Part shown: one piece after another, positions 8,489 through 16,074 of the stretch
Position numbering within the stretch: the stretch's first letter is position 1
Layout of the letters: every line of letters starts with the position of its first letter
Assembly: GCA_035400625.1 (NCBI GenBank)
Contig: DAOMZT010000001.1
Span: 300,001-332,000, forward strand
Length of the DNA stretch: 32,000 nt
Source: an archaeon
GTDB taxonomy: Archaea > Iainarchaeota > Iainarchaeia > Iainarchaeales > CSSED10-239
Direction: 5' to 3'
Notes under the pieces: model-generated
What the model was told of the DNA's origin: nothing
Databases searched by the model: none
Seen by the model: the letters and a program-made list of their open reading frames with translations, nothing else
Program-made: the position numbers and the translations under genes

Positions 8489-9019
8489 ATGGTTATGAAA
8501 ATTGTGCGCAGATTATTTAAACCTAAAAAACTAAAACCTGTGGAATCTAAAGCATCAACATCTGCAAAACTAAAACAACAAAAACCAGAAAAAATTATTA
8601 AAAAATCTATAAAACAATTAAAAAAGCAAAAACCAAACTTTGGTAATTATAACAAGTTAGGAGGAGATTGGATATCTCAAGTAAATGGCAATTATCGTAT
8701 AACTTACAGACAAAAAGGCAAAACTATTCGTTTATTTGATTTAAGATTATCTGAAAAAGGAACAATTAACCCAAAAGAATACAGAACCTTGCTTGAGAAA
8801 ACCATTAAAAATTCAAGAGAATTAGGCTGTGAGATGGTGGTCATAAAATCATGGGTTTTTGCAATGTATCCTGAATTAAAAAAATTTGGCTTTGTAGAAA
8901 TAAAACCAGGTTCTGAAGCTAAATTTTCTGAGTTTGTTTCTAAAAGAAAAATTACTGAAGAAAAATTATTGAATAATCCACAAAGTAGTAGGTATCCAAC
9001 CTATTATCTTAAAATTTAA
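8489..9019 (+). CDS. Hypothetical protein with Lys/Pro-rich N-terminal tail
   Basis: GGTGA element upstream. About 55 N-terminal residues are K/P rich (RLFKPKKLKPVESK...KQQKPEKIIKK...KKQKPNFG), followed by a roughly 120-aa globular part. The weak C-terminal resemblance to a GNAT fold (ELGCEMVVIKSW...YPELKKFGF) is not enough for a call. Confidence 0.45.
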   Translation: MVMKIVRRLFKPKKLKPVESKASTSAKLKQQKPEKIIKKSIKQLKKQKPNFGNYNKLGGDWISQVNGNYRITYRQKGKTIRLFDLRLSEKGTINPKEYRTLLEKTIKNSRELGCEMVVIKSWVFAMYPELKKFGFVEIKPGSEAKFSEFVSKRKITEEKLLNNPQSSRYPTYYLKI

Positions 9020-9028
9020 TGAACAATT

Positions 9029-10063
9029 ATGAATATTCTTTCTTTACAAAAGGATGGGAAACTTGTTTTTATTCCTCAGACTCTTGAGGATCTCTGGGTC
9101 ATTAAATCAATTACTGATGTTGGAGATGTTATCTCTGGTTCTTCCTATAGAAGGATAAGAGGTAACGAGGCAGATAACGACTCAACAAGAAAGCCAGTCT
9201 TTGTTTCAATATCTATTGAGAAGTTTGATTTTTCTAAAGAACTTAATTCTTTAAGATTTACAGGAAAGATTGTTGAGAGCAAGCCTGAAGATCTAGCGCC
9301 TCTTGGTGAATACCACACTCTTGAAATCTCTCTTTCTAAATCTTATACTTTAAAAAAACCACAGTTCTTTTCTCATCAATTGGATTTGCTTCAAAACAAC
9401 AATTCTGCAATTTCTTGTTCAATTCTTTTGATTGCTCTTGATGATGAGAGAGCAAATCTTTTTGAGCTTACAAATATTGGAATAAAAGAGCTTGCAGTAA
9501 TTGATTCAGGAAAGCCAGGCAAAAGATATTCTTCTGATTTTGATTTTTCAAATTTCTTTTCTGAAATCTTTTCAATAGTTTCAAGGTATGATTGCCAGAT
9601 TATTATTGCAGGCCCTGGTGCTACAAAATCTAAGCTTTCTGAATTCATTAAACAAAAAAAAAGTTCTTTTAAGATCCTAGAGCTAGCAATTCAAAATACT
9701 AACAAGTCATCAATAAATGAGTTATTCTCTAAAAAAGAAGTTGCTAGATTTTTTAAAAACTCAATAATCTATAAAGAACAAAAGATTCTAGACGCCTTTC
9801 TTGAAAATTTAGGCAAGAACAATAACAAGGTAGCCTATGGCTTACAAGAGGTGTCTATTGCCCTTGACCTAGGTGCTTGTGAAAACATAATGATTTCTGA
9901 AAGGCTTTGGAAGAGAGAGCTTGATAAAGTCCAAGAGCTTATTAAAAAAGCAGATATTGTTAAGACAAAAGTGCATATTGTTGATGAAGAACACGATGTT
10001 TCTAAAGCTTTAAAATCTTTTGGTGGAATAATCTCCACTTTAAGATATCCTTTGACTTTTTAA
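9029..10063 (+). CDS. pelA: Pelota/Dom34 mRNA surveillance (no-go decay) factor
   Basis: N-terminus MNILSLQKDGKLVFIPQTLEDLWVIKSITDVGDVISGSSYRRIR matches the Pelota pattern. eRF1-like three-domain size without a GGQ motif. Confidence 0.85.
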   Translation: MNILSLQKDGKLVFIPQTLEDLWVIKSITDVGDVISGSSYRRIRGNEADNDSTRKPVFVSISIEKFDFSKELNSLRFTGKIVESKPEDLAPLGEYHTLEISLSKSYTLKKPQFFSHQLDLLQNNNSAISCSILLIALDDERANLFELTNIGIKELAVIDSGKPGKRYSSDFDFSNFFSEIFSIVSRYDCQIIIAGPGATKSKLSEFIKQKKSSFKILELAIQNTNKSSINELFSKKEVARFFKNSIIYKEQKILDAFLENLGKNNNKVAYGLQEVSIALDLGACENIMISERLWKRELDKVQELIKKADIVKTKVHIVDEEHDVSKALKSFGGIISTLRYPLTF

Positions 10064-10090
10064 GAAAATAAGAAAAAGACAATAACACAA

Positions 10091-10360
10091 TTAATGTGTT
10101 ATGTTTTTGTTAACTGGTTTTTTTGTAGGGATAGCATTAGGATCTACTTTAATCTTTAATGCTTCTTGTTCCTTCTTTTCTTTCTTTACTGTTCTAGTGA
10201 TATAAGCAGACATTAAGTTTATTGTTAATTTAGACAATGGAAGGTTCATACTTTTTATAAATTCTTTATTTGCTTTAAAATCAACACCAAAGTCTTCTTT
10301 AAATTCGTTATATATTATCTTTGCTTTTGCTTTTATCTTATTTGACATCGCTTTACCCAT
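10091..10360 (-). CDS. rps17e: 30S ribosomal protein S17e with Lys-rich C-terminal extension
   Basis: IKAKAKIIYNEFKEDFGVDFKANKEFIKSMNLPLSKLTINLMSAYITR follows the S17e pattern (...F..NK......SK..RN.IAGY.TR). Confidence 0.7.
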   Translation of the reverse strand: MGKAMSNKIKAKAKIIYNEFKEDFGVDFKANKEFIKSMNLPLSKLTINLMSAYITRTVKKEKKEQEALKIKVDPNAIPTKKPVNKNITH

Positions 10361-10373
10361 GATTGATTTCTCC

Positions 10374-10580
10374 TTAATTTACTGTGATTACAACCTTACT
10401 ATTGTTTATGTTTCTAATAACTGCAAGTGGCATAGTCTTAGTATCAAATTCCTCTTTTGCTATAGAATAAGCAGTACTGTCTTTTTTTACCTTTACTAAA
10501 GCAGGTGCTCCACAGGAAATTTGCTGTGCTCTAGCAGATATTAGTCTAGTTATTTCATATTTTGTAAGTTTTGAAACCAT
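10374..10580 (-). CDS. rpoK: DNA-directed RNA polymerase subunit K (Rpo6)
   Basis: LTKYEITRLISARAQQISCGAPALVKV matches the RpoK/Rpb6 core LTRYE.ARIIGARA.Q.S.GAP. 68 aa. Confidence 0.8.
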   Translation of the reverse strand: MVSKLTKYEITRLISARAQQISCGAPALVKVKKDSTAYSIAKEEFDTKTMPLAVIRNINNSKVVITVN

Positions 10581-10759
10581 ATTAATCTTTTATTTAATTA
10601 TTATAGAACTAAAATAAGGTCATTTTGTCTATATAATATATAGTAGAGATAAGGTTTAAATATTATTCTTTTTAGATAGCAACACTGCTACTAATTAAGA
10701 AAATCACAAATCTCATGAATTTGGCAATTACAATCTCTCTTTGTGGTTGCAATTCTGAA

Positions 10760-11701
10760 TTATTTAAGTATGCGAGATATTTCTTTGAGAATCAATTTTT
10801 TATCTTGCTGAAAAAATTGCACTTTTTCTTTATGATTCATGTCAGCAAACATTTTAGTAACCTTCTGCATATTTTTAAGATTTTGCATAGGTTTAATAGA
10901 TTCAAATATTATTGGAAAAAAGCGGCCCAAGTAATCATAGACACTACGATAAACCCTTAATTCTTGGTTAAGACATTCTTCAAATATTTCTTGGGATAAA
11001 TTAAGTCTTTTTTTCATTTGTACTGGTTTTGAACTAAACTCGTAAAGTGCATTTAACAAAAAATGATCTCCGCATTTAAACGGATTATCACTACCAAGGG
11101 ACATGTAGTATCTATCATATAATTTCTGTACAAAATTAGTAATTGTCCGCAAATCTTCAGGGGTTGGGTTTGCATTAATTATTTTAGGAATGACTTTCTT
11201 AAAATAATCACTTCTATAAGCAACATTAGGAAATCTACCCCAATTGTCCTCTAGTTGTGATGCTTGCCTTGTAATTTCCGTCAAATATTTAATAAACAAG
11301 TTAGGATCGGCGCTGGTTTGTGCAGTTAGTTTGATTGCTGCATCTGTGGCGATACCAAAGTTAATATTATCGCCTTTTAATAGTTTATCTCTTATTGACC
11401 TTTTTTTTGAAATAAGCTTAGCGCTATTAGTTATCCTTTTAAGTTCAGCTACTCTCTTTTCTATTTCTGCTTCTCTTATTACTTTATTAATTAATTTATT
11501 TTTCTCTGATGATATTTTTTTAATTTTTGATAAAGTCTTAGGGTCAATAGATTTATTTTTAATTTCTGCTTTTTTAGTTGATTCCTTCTTTACTTTTGAT
11601 TTCTTTTCAGCAACAAATTTACGCTTACCCATTGTTATTGATTTTACTTTTTCTGCATTAGGAAAACTGCCTCTTCTTAAATTTCTTGTTGGCTTTAACA
11701 T
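10760..11701 (-). CDS. Hypothetical protein, Lys-rich N-terminal region plus helical C-terminal domain
   Basis: Long ORF with a strong AAGGAGGA element 9 nt upstream of the ATG. About 110 N-terminal residues are K-rich (MLKPTRNLRRGS...KKSKVKKESTKKAEIKNKS). I recognise no family motif. Confidence 0.55.
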   Translation of the reverse strand: MLKPTRNLRRGSFPNAEKVKSITMGKRKFVAEKKSKVKKESTKKAEIKNKSIDPKTLSKIKKISSEKNKLINKVIREAEIEKRVAELKRITNSAKLISKKRSIRDKLLKGDNINFGIATDAAIKLTAQTSADPNLFIKYLTEITRQASQLEDNWGRFPNVAYRSDYFKKVIPKIINANPTPEDLRTITNFVQKLYDRYYMSLGSDNPFKCGDHFLLNALYEFSSKPVQMKKRLNLSQEIFEECLNQELRVYRSVYDYLGRFFPIIFESIKPMQNLKNMQKVTKMFADMNHKEKVQFFQQDKKLILKEISRILK

Positions 11702-11852
11702 TTAACATCATCCTCCTTATTTAATTAAATATATATCTAGATACAATAGAAACAAATCTTTAAAAAACCACTGTTAGATAGATTTGCCTAGTAGAATTAA
11801 TGAAAATTTCAATTTCATTTTTGTTGTTTTTAAAAAGGATTTCTCTAGTGCC

Positions 11853-12368
11853 TTAGATAACCAAAAGATATATCCAAAATCCTATTAATAATAGCCTTAC
11901 AGCTATGACTTTATCAAATATCTTAAATAATGCCAAAATTATTGTAAGCAAAAGAAAGAACGGCAAAAATAGCACTTTTAATAGCAATAACCAGAAACTC
12001 TGTTTCTTATAATAGGTTCTTTTGATTGCCTCAAAAGAGTTGTTTGTGTCCTGGTCGCTTGGCACACAAAAGAACAATGCACTAATTCCTATCCAGACAA
12101 GCAAAAATATATAGAACGGCTCTTTTGTAAATTCTATGATGCTTGCACAAATAATTGCAATAAAGATATTAAACAAAAATGGAAATAATGAGATTATAAT
12201 TATCTTATAGTCTTTTGAATCCTCATGCACAACATAGCCACCTGACTTATCAATAAACTTTATTTTTTTTATTTTTACTCCAAAGATCAAGCAAGCCAAA
12301 GCATGTGCTGTTTCGTGCAGAATAATTCCTGGAAAGAAAAGAATATGCATTATTTCATTAAGTTCCAT
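11853..12368 (-). CDS. Integral membrane HExxH zinc metalloprotease-like protein (M50B/DUF3267-like)
   Basis: ILHETAHALACLIFGVKIKKIKFIDKSGGYVVHE has HExxH at the end of the first hydrophobic segment. Four or more further TM helices. Starts 14 nt downstream of a pilin-like gene on the same strand. Confidence 0.55.
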   Translation of the reverse strand: MELNEIMHILFFPGIILHETAHALACLIFGVKIKKIKFIDKSGGYVVHEDSKDYKIIIISLFPFLFNIFIAIICASIIEFTKEPFYIFLLVWIGISALFFCVPSDQDTNNSFEAIKRTYYKKQSFWLLLLKVLFLPFFLLLTIILALFKIFDKVIAVRLLLIGFWIYLLVI

Positions 12369-12382
12369 AAATAATAATTATT

Positions 12383-12763
12383 TCAATCTATATTTAAAAT
12401 ATTATTATGTCTTGTTAGGGTTATTTTTTGCTTTTCTGTGATTTCTGAAAAACCAATTTTAATAGAAAGAAAAGTTTTAATTTTACAAGTCTTTTGTTTG
12501 TTCTTAATTATTATCTTGTTATTGCTTTTTTCTATTTGCCAAGTGCTAAGCGCTCCTGGCTCAATCTCGCTCTTTCCTTCAGGCATAATCTCAAATAACT
12601 CAACCTCTGCCCTTAGCTCTTTACAAAAGCCTGTTAATCTGTAATTGTCATTAACAATAATATTCTTGTTATAGAGGCTAATAACTCCAATAATGCTTGC
12701 ACCAAGCACAGAGATAATCCCTGCAATCAACAAAATATACTCTAAAGTTACAAATCCTTTCAT
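12383..12763 (-). CDS. Type IV pilin-like protein (class III signal peptide)
   Basis: MKG/FVTLEYILLIAGIISVLGASIIGV: Gly, then FxTLE with Glu at +5, then a hydrophobic helix. 126 aa. Confidence 0.6.
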   Translation of the reverse strand: MKGFVTLEYILLIAGIISVLGASIIGVISLYNKNIIVNDNYRLTGFCKELRAEVELFEIMPEGKSEIEPGALSTWQIEKSNNKIIIKNKQKTCKIKTFLSIKIGFSEITEKQKITLTRHNNILNID

Positions 12764-12765
12764 TC

Positions 12766-12945
12766 CTACTCAATATCTGAAATCTTATCAAATATCTTGT
12801 TTGAGGTTTTTTCAACAGTATGATTTGCTTTTGTAGTGGTCTTTTGCAATTGAGTGATAATCACAAGAACAATAGCAACAATAGCTGCTAAAAGTATTAT
12901 CATCTCTGCAGAGATTTGTGCCTTTTGGTCTTTTAGTAGTTTCAT
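12766..12945 (-). CDS. Small class III signal peptide pilin (59 aa); below the size cutoff of the supplied ORF track
   Basis: Hand translation: MKLLKDQKA/QISAEMIILLAAIVAIVLVIITQLQKTTTKANHTVEKTSNKIFDKISDIE. It matches the archaeal K[GA]-QIS.E..LL.A.....V pilin N-terminus (Class_IIIsignal type). 180 nt, stop CTA(rc) at 12766-12768, 2 nt upstream of the next pilin gene. A TTTTATAAA box lies about 27 nt upstream of the ATG. Confidence 0.6.
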   Translation of the reverse strand: MKLLKDQKAQISAEMIILLAAIVAIVLVIITQLQKTTTKANHTVEKTSNKIFDKISDIE

Positions 12946-13051
12946 AGATATTTTTGTGTTTTTCTTGTTTATAAAACCAGTCCTTCATATTTTTTGTGAA
13001 TTTGAAAAAATAGTTATTTAAAACAGAATATACACAAATATATTGGAACAT
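12946..13051. promoter_or_regulatory. Divergent promoter region between the pilin operon and rad50
   Basis: TATA-like TTTATAAAA at 12968-12976 lies about 27 nt from the minus-strand pilin ATG. TTATTTAAAA at 13014-13023 lies about 30 nt upstream of the rad50 ATG at 13052. Both imply very short or absent leaders. Confidence 0.35.
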
Positions 13052-15274
13052 ATGTTAAAATCAATAATTTTAGAAAACTGGAAGACACACCAGAACACAA
13101 AAGTTTCTTTTGAGAAAGGCACAAACATAATTGTTGGAAAGATTGGTGCTGGTAAGTCCAGTATTGTTGATGCTATATGTTATTCTCTTTTTGGCACATT
13201 TCCAAGCCTGCAAAACAGAAAGATAACTTTGGCTGAAACAATAATGTTTAAGCCAGTAAAAAGAAAAGAAGCAAAGCTAAAGCTTGAGTTTGAGCATGAT
13301 TCTAAAAACTACAGGGTTGAAAGAGAAATTTTTATTGGAAAAGTTAATACTGCTAAGCTTTTTTGCGAAGACAAGTTGCTTGTTGGCCCAAAGCAAACAG
13401 ATGTTAATGAGAGGGTTTCAAACATTCTTGGAATTGACTATGATCTTTTTGTAAAAATAGTATATAGCGAACAAAACGAAATTGATTATTTTCTAAAGAT
13501 ACCTCCAAGCAAAAGAAAAGAACAGTTTGATGCTCTTTTTGGTATTAACAATTTAGAAAAGATAAAAATAAATTCTCGTTCTCTAAAGGCATATCTTGAT
13601 GCAGAGTATGGTGCAATTCAAAAATTGATTGCTCAGCTAGAAAACCAGCTTTTGTCTTTTAATATTTCTGATACAGAAAAGAATATTCAAGAAAACCAAG
13701 AAAAAATAAAGCACTTATTAGAATCTACAAACAATCTCAAGTCCAGAGAACAAGACCTGAAATCCAAAGTTGAAATTTTAAAAAAGCAAAAAACAGAATT
13801 TGATACTCTTAATCAAGAGATAAGAGCAATAGATTATAGAAAACAAGAGCTCTCAAAAGAGCTTAGTGTTTTAGAAACACAAAAAACCAATTTCTTTTCG
13901 CTTACAAGAGATGTGCTTTTAGAGAAAAAGCAAGATTTACAAAAGCAGTTAAAAGAAAGCCAAGAGCTAGAAACAAAACTTAAATCAATTGCTTCCCAGA
14001 ATTTTATCTTGACTAACCAGCTTGAGCAGATCAATAGTTCTCTTGATGTTTCTTTAGATTTATCCAAAATAAATCTAGAAAAAGAAAAGATTTCGCAAGA
14101 AATCAATAGTGCTATCCAAAAACAAGCAATTCTTAATTCCCAAAAACAAGAGAATCTAAAAGCAGTAGCTGAGCTTGAAAAGGGCTTTTCTAAATGTCCT
14201 GTATGTGATTCGCAATTGTCAGAAATTCAGATTTTTGAAAAACTAAAATCAAAAAAAGAAACAAATGCAAAAATAACAAATGATATTTTGGCTCTTGATA
14301 AATCTTTGTTATCATTAAGAGAAGAATTTAGTTTGCTACAGAAAAAAGAAAGAAAAGCAAGTGAGCAACATTTGTTAGTTGATAGAAAGCAAAGAATAAT
14401 TGAAGAAAAGAAAAAGCTTGATGAGCAAGAAAAGGCTCTTGGCAAGCCAAAAGACATTTCTGCTCTTGAAAAAGAGATAGATGCTATAATTCAAGCAATA
14501 GACTACCAAACTAAAAAAGAACAATTGTCTGAAATTATAAAAAAACAAGAATTTTTCTCTAAGAAGCTTTTAAGCATGAATTATGATGATAATAATTATC
14601 TCTCGTTATTAGCAGATCTGAGAAACCAAGAAGAGAAACTAAATAACAATAATGTTCAAATATCTTTGATACAAGGAATAATAAAAAATCTAGAAAACAC
14701 AAAAGCACAATATGAAAAATTATCTTTGAATCTTAAAGAAAATCAAAACACAATAACAAAACTAGAAACAAAACAAAAAGATATGGTTTTCTTTTCTCAG
14801 GCTCTTGAAAATAGCCAAGAACATCTTCGTAAAGTGCTTGTTGATAATATTAACAAGACATTAGAAGTGATTTGGCCAAAGGTCTATCCTTATGGCGATT
14901 ATCTTTCAGCAAGGCTAAAAGCAGAAAATGATTATGTCTTGGAAGTTTTGACCTTAGGAAAAGAATGGATAAGAGTTGAAGGGCTTTTATCAGGTGGTGA
15001 AAGAACCTGTGCAGCACTAAGCATCAGGGTTGCTATTGCTTTGTCTTTGACAAAAAATCTTGGCTTGTTAATACTTGATGAGCCAACCCACAATATGGAT
15101 TCAAAAACCATTTCTATGTTATCCTCAATTCTTGATAAAGAGCTTCCTGAGCTAGTAGAACAAATATTTATAATAACTCATGACCAAAAGTTATTAGAAA
15201 CTACAAACTCAAGCAAGTACATAATTGAAAGAGATAAAGAAAACGACGGAGTTTCATTTATAAAAGAGGAGTGA
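13052..15274 (+). CDS. rad50: Rad50 DNA double-strand break repair ATPase
   Basis: N-terminus MLKSIILENWKTHQNTKVSFEKGTNIIVGKIGAGKSSIVDAICYSLFG (Walker A). Long coiled coil with a central zinc hook, KCPVCDS. Signature LSGGERTCAALSIRVAIA, Walker B LLILDEPT and the D-loop/H-loop ITHD. I prefer the ATG at 13052 over the TTG at 13043 used by the ORF track. Confidence 0.88.
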   Translation: MLKSIILENWKTHQNTKVSFEKGTNIIVGKIGAGKSSIVDAICYSLFGTFPSLQNRKITLAETIMFKPVKRKEAKLKLEFEHDSKNYRVEREIFIGKVNTAKLFCEDKLLVGPKQTDVNERVSNILGIDYDLFVKIVYSEQNEIDYFLKIPPSKRKEQFDALFGINNLEKIKINSRSLKAYLDAEYGAIQKLIAQLENQLLSFNISDTEKNIQENQEKIKHLLESTNNLKSREQDLKSKVEILKKQKTEFDTLNQEIRAIDYRKQELSKELSVLETQKTNFFSLTRDVLLEKKQDLQKQLKESQELETKLKSIASQNFILTNQLEQINSSLDVSLDLSKINLEKEKISQEINSAIQKQAILNSQKQENLKAVAELEKGFSKCPVCDSQLSEIQIFEKLKSKKETNAKITNDILALDKSLLSLREEFSLLQKKERKASEQHLLVDRKQRIIEEKKKLDEQEKALGKPKDISALEKEIDAIIQAIDYQTKKEQLSEIIKKQEFFSKKLLSMNYDDNNYLSLLADLRNQEEKLNNNNVQISLIQGIIKNLENTKAQYEKLSLNLKENQNTITKLETKQKDMVFFSQALENSQEHLRKVLVDNINKTLEVIWPKVYPYGDYLSARLKAENDYVLEVLTLGKEWIRVEGLLSGGERTCAALSIRVAIALSLTKNLGLLILDEPTHNMDSKTISMLSSILDKELPELVEQIFIITHDQKLLETTNSSKYIIERDKENDGVSFIKEE

Positions 15275-15275
15275 T

Positions 15276-16028
15276 ATGCCACCACTGAAAAGACCATCAT
15301 TGAAACTGTCAGTAAAAAGACAAAGGTTTAAGCCTCAGATTAAATTACAAAAATCAATATTAAAAAGGCCAACTTTTAAAGAACAGATTGAATCAATTCC
15401 TGGAAGAACCAAACATGAAATATTTGGTTATAAAAAGCCAAGAAGAAAATTTATTGATAAAACAATTAAAATAAATGAAAAAGAAGTAAGATATGATGAA
15501 AAACGCAAATATCTTACTGGGGAACATACAGAAATACACACTCACCTTTGTAATCCAAAACTAGCAACAGAATCAACACCAGGCCCCTTTGATTTTCTAG
15601 GTTGGGTTGATGATTATATAACAACAAGTGGCAAAAAAAATAGAGCTGTTGTTTCATCAATTCATTTTGAGAATGGAAAAGAACTTGGAAGAGTCCATGT
15701 TGTTTTTAAAAAAGATGCACTAAATAAGCAATTAAGAAGTCACATTTATAATTGTTATTTAGAATTTGCAAAAAAGAATAGAAGACAAATAACACCTTTC
15801 GAAAAATTCAATGCTGATTTATTCTTTTATCAAGAAAATGGAAAAGTAAGCAGATATCTTAATGATATGATAGAAAAAGATTTTGATTTTGGAAAAAGAT
15901 TAAAAGTTTCTAAAACAAAGGATTTAAGAGAGATTTTCACAGATATAGAAAGGAAATGGGGAATAAAGATAAGAGCATATTCTCATCCAGGCCATGCCTT
16001 TGACTATAAAAGAGGAACATTTTATTGA
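15276..16028 (+). CDS. Hypothetical protein translationally coupled to rad50; Lys/Pro-rich tail; possible HxH...S...D metal site
   Basis: The ATG is 1 nt after the rad50 TGA, with AGAGGAG inside the last rad50 codons. N-terminus MPPLKRPSLKLSVKRQRFKPQIKLQKSILKRP. Core GEHTEIHTHLCNPKLATESTPGPFDFLGW. No Mre11 phosphoesterase motifs (GDxH, GNHD/E) seen. Confidence 0.55.
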   Translation: MPPLKRPSLKLSVKRQRFKPQIKLQKSILKRPTFKEQIESIPGRTKHEIFGYKKPRRKFIDKTIKINEKEVRYDEKRKYLTGEHTEIHTHLCNPKLATESTPGPFDFLGWVDDYITTSGKKNRAVVSSIHFENGKELGRVHVVFKKDALNKQLRSHIYNCYLEFAKKNRRQITPFEKFNADLFFYQENGKVSRYLNDMIEKDFDFGKRLKVSKTKDLREIFTDIERKWGIKIRAYSHPGHAFDYKRGTFY

Positions 16029-16074
16029 TTTTTCAAGTTAATACTTTAAAATACTTGTTTAACATATATTATAT

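Noticed and set aside
10715-11705. Plus-strand ORFs 10715-10960 and 11244-11705, opposite the 313-aa gene
   Set aside because: They are antisense shadows with S/L/F/I-rich low-complexity translations, while the minus-strand ORF has a strong SD and a coherent sequence. The same reasoning applies to the other antisense ORFs in the track: 1185-1475, 3132-3341, 3505-3729, 4677-4928, 5249-5449, 9391-9648, 9835-10038, 12438-12644, 13834-14106, 14227-14457, 17417-17758, 24695-24913, 25445-25642, 25706-25957, 26601-26813, 26814-27041, 27132-27332, 27259-27477, 28161-28562, 29161-29349, 29418-29627, 29948-30157 and 31398-31619.
11800-11835. Hairpin AATGAAA-n7-TTTCATT followed by a T-run on the plus strand
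   Set aside because: Both flanking genes are on the minus strand, where the hairpin is preceded by the run rather than followed by it. This is probably chance AT-rich symmetry, and a TTTTT on the minus strand nearby suffices for archaeal termination.
12812-13051. 79-aa minus-strand ORF in the supplied track (MFQYICVYSVLNNYFFKF..., Cys-rich)
   Set aside because: No recognisable features, odd composition, and it spans the promoter region. Another frame on the same strand over 12766-12945 encodes a convincing class III signal peptide pilin, so this ORF is most likely a frame shadow.
13043-13051. TTG-extended N-termini proposed by the ORF track for rad50 (13043), the PRT-like gene (21052) and hel308 (26295)
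   Set aside because: In each case a nearby downstream ATG gives an N-terminus that matches the family consensus: MLKSIILENWK, MSWNELEGL and MTKELISEIL. The extensions add only hydrophobic or odd residues.
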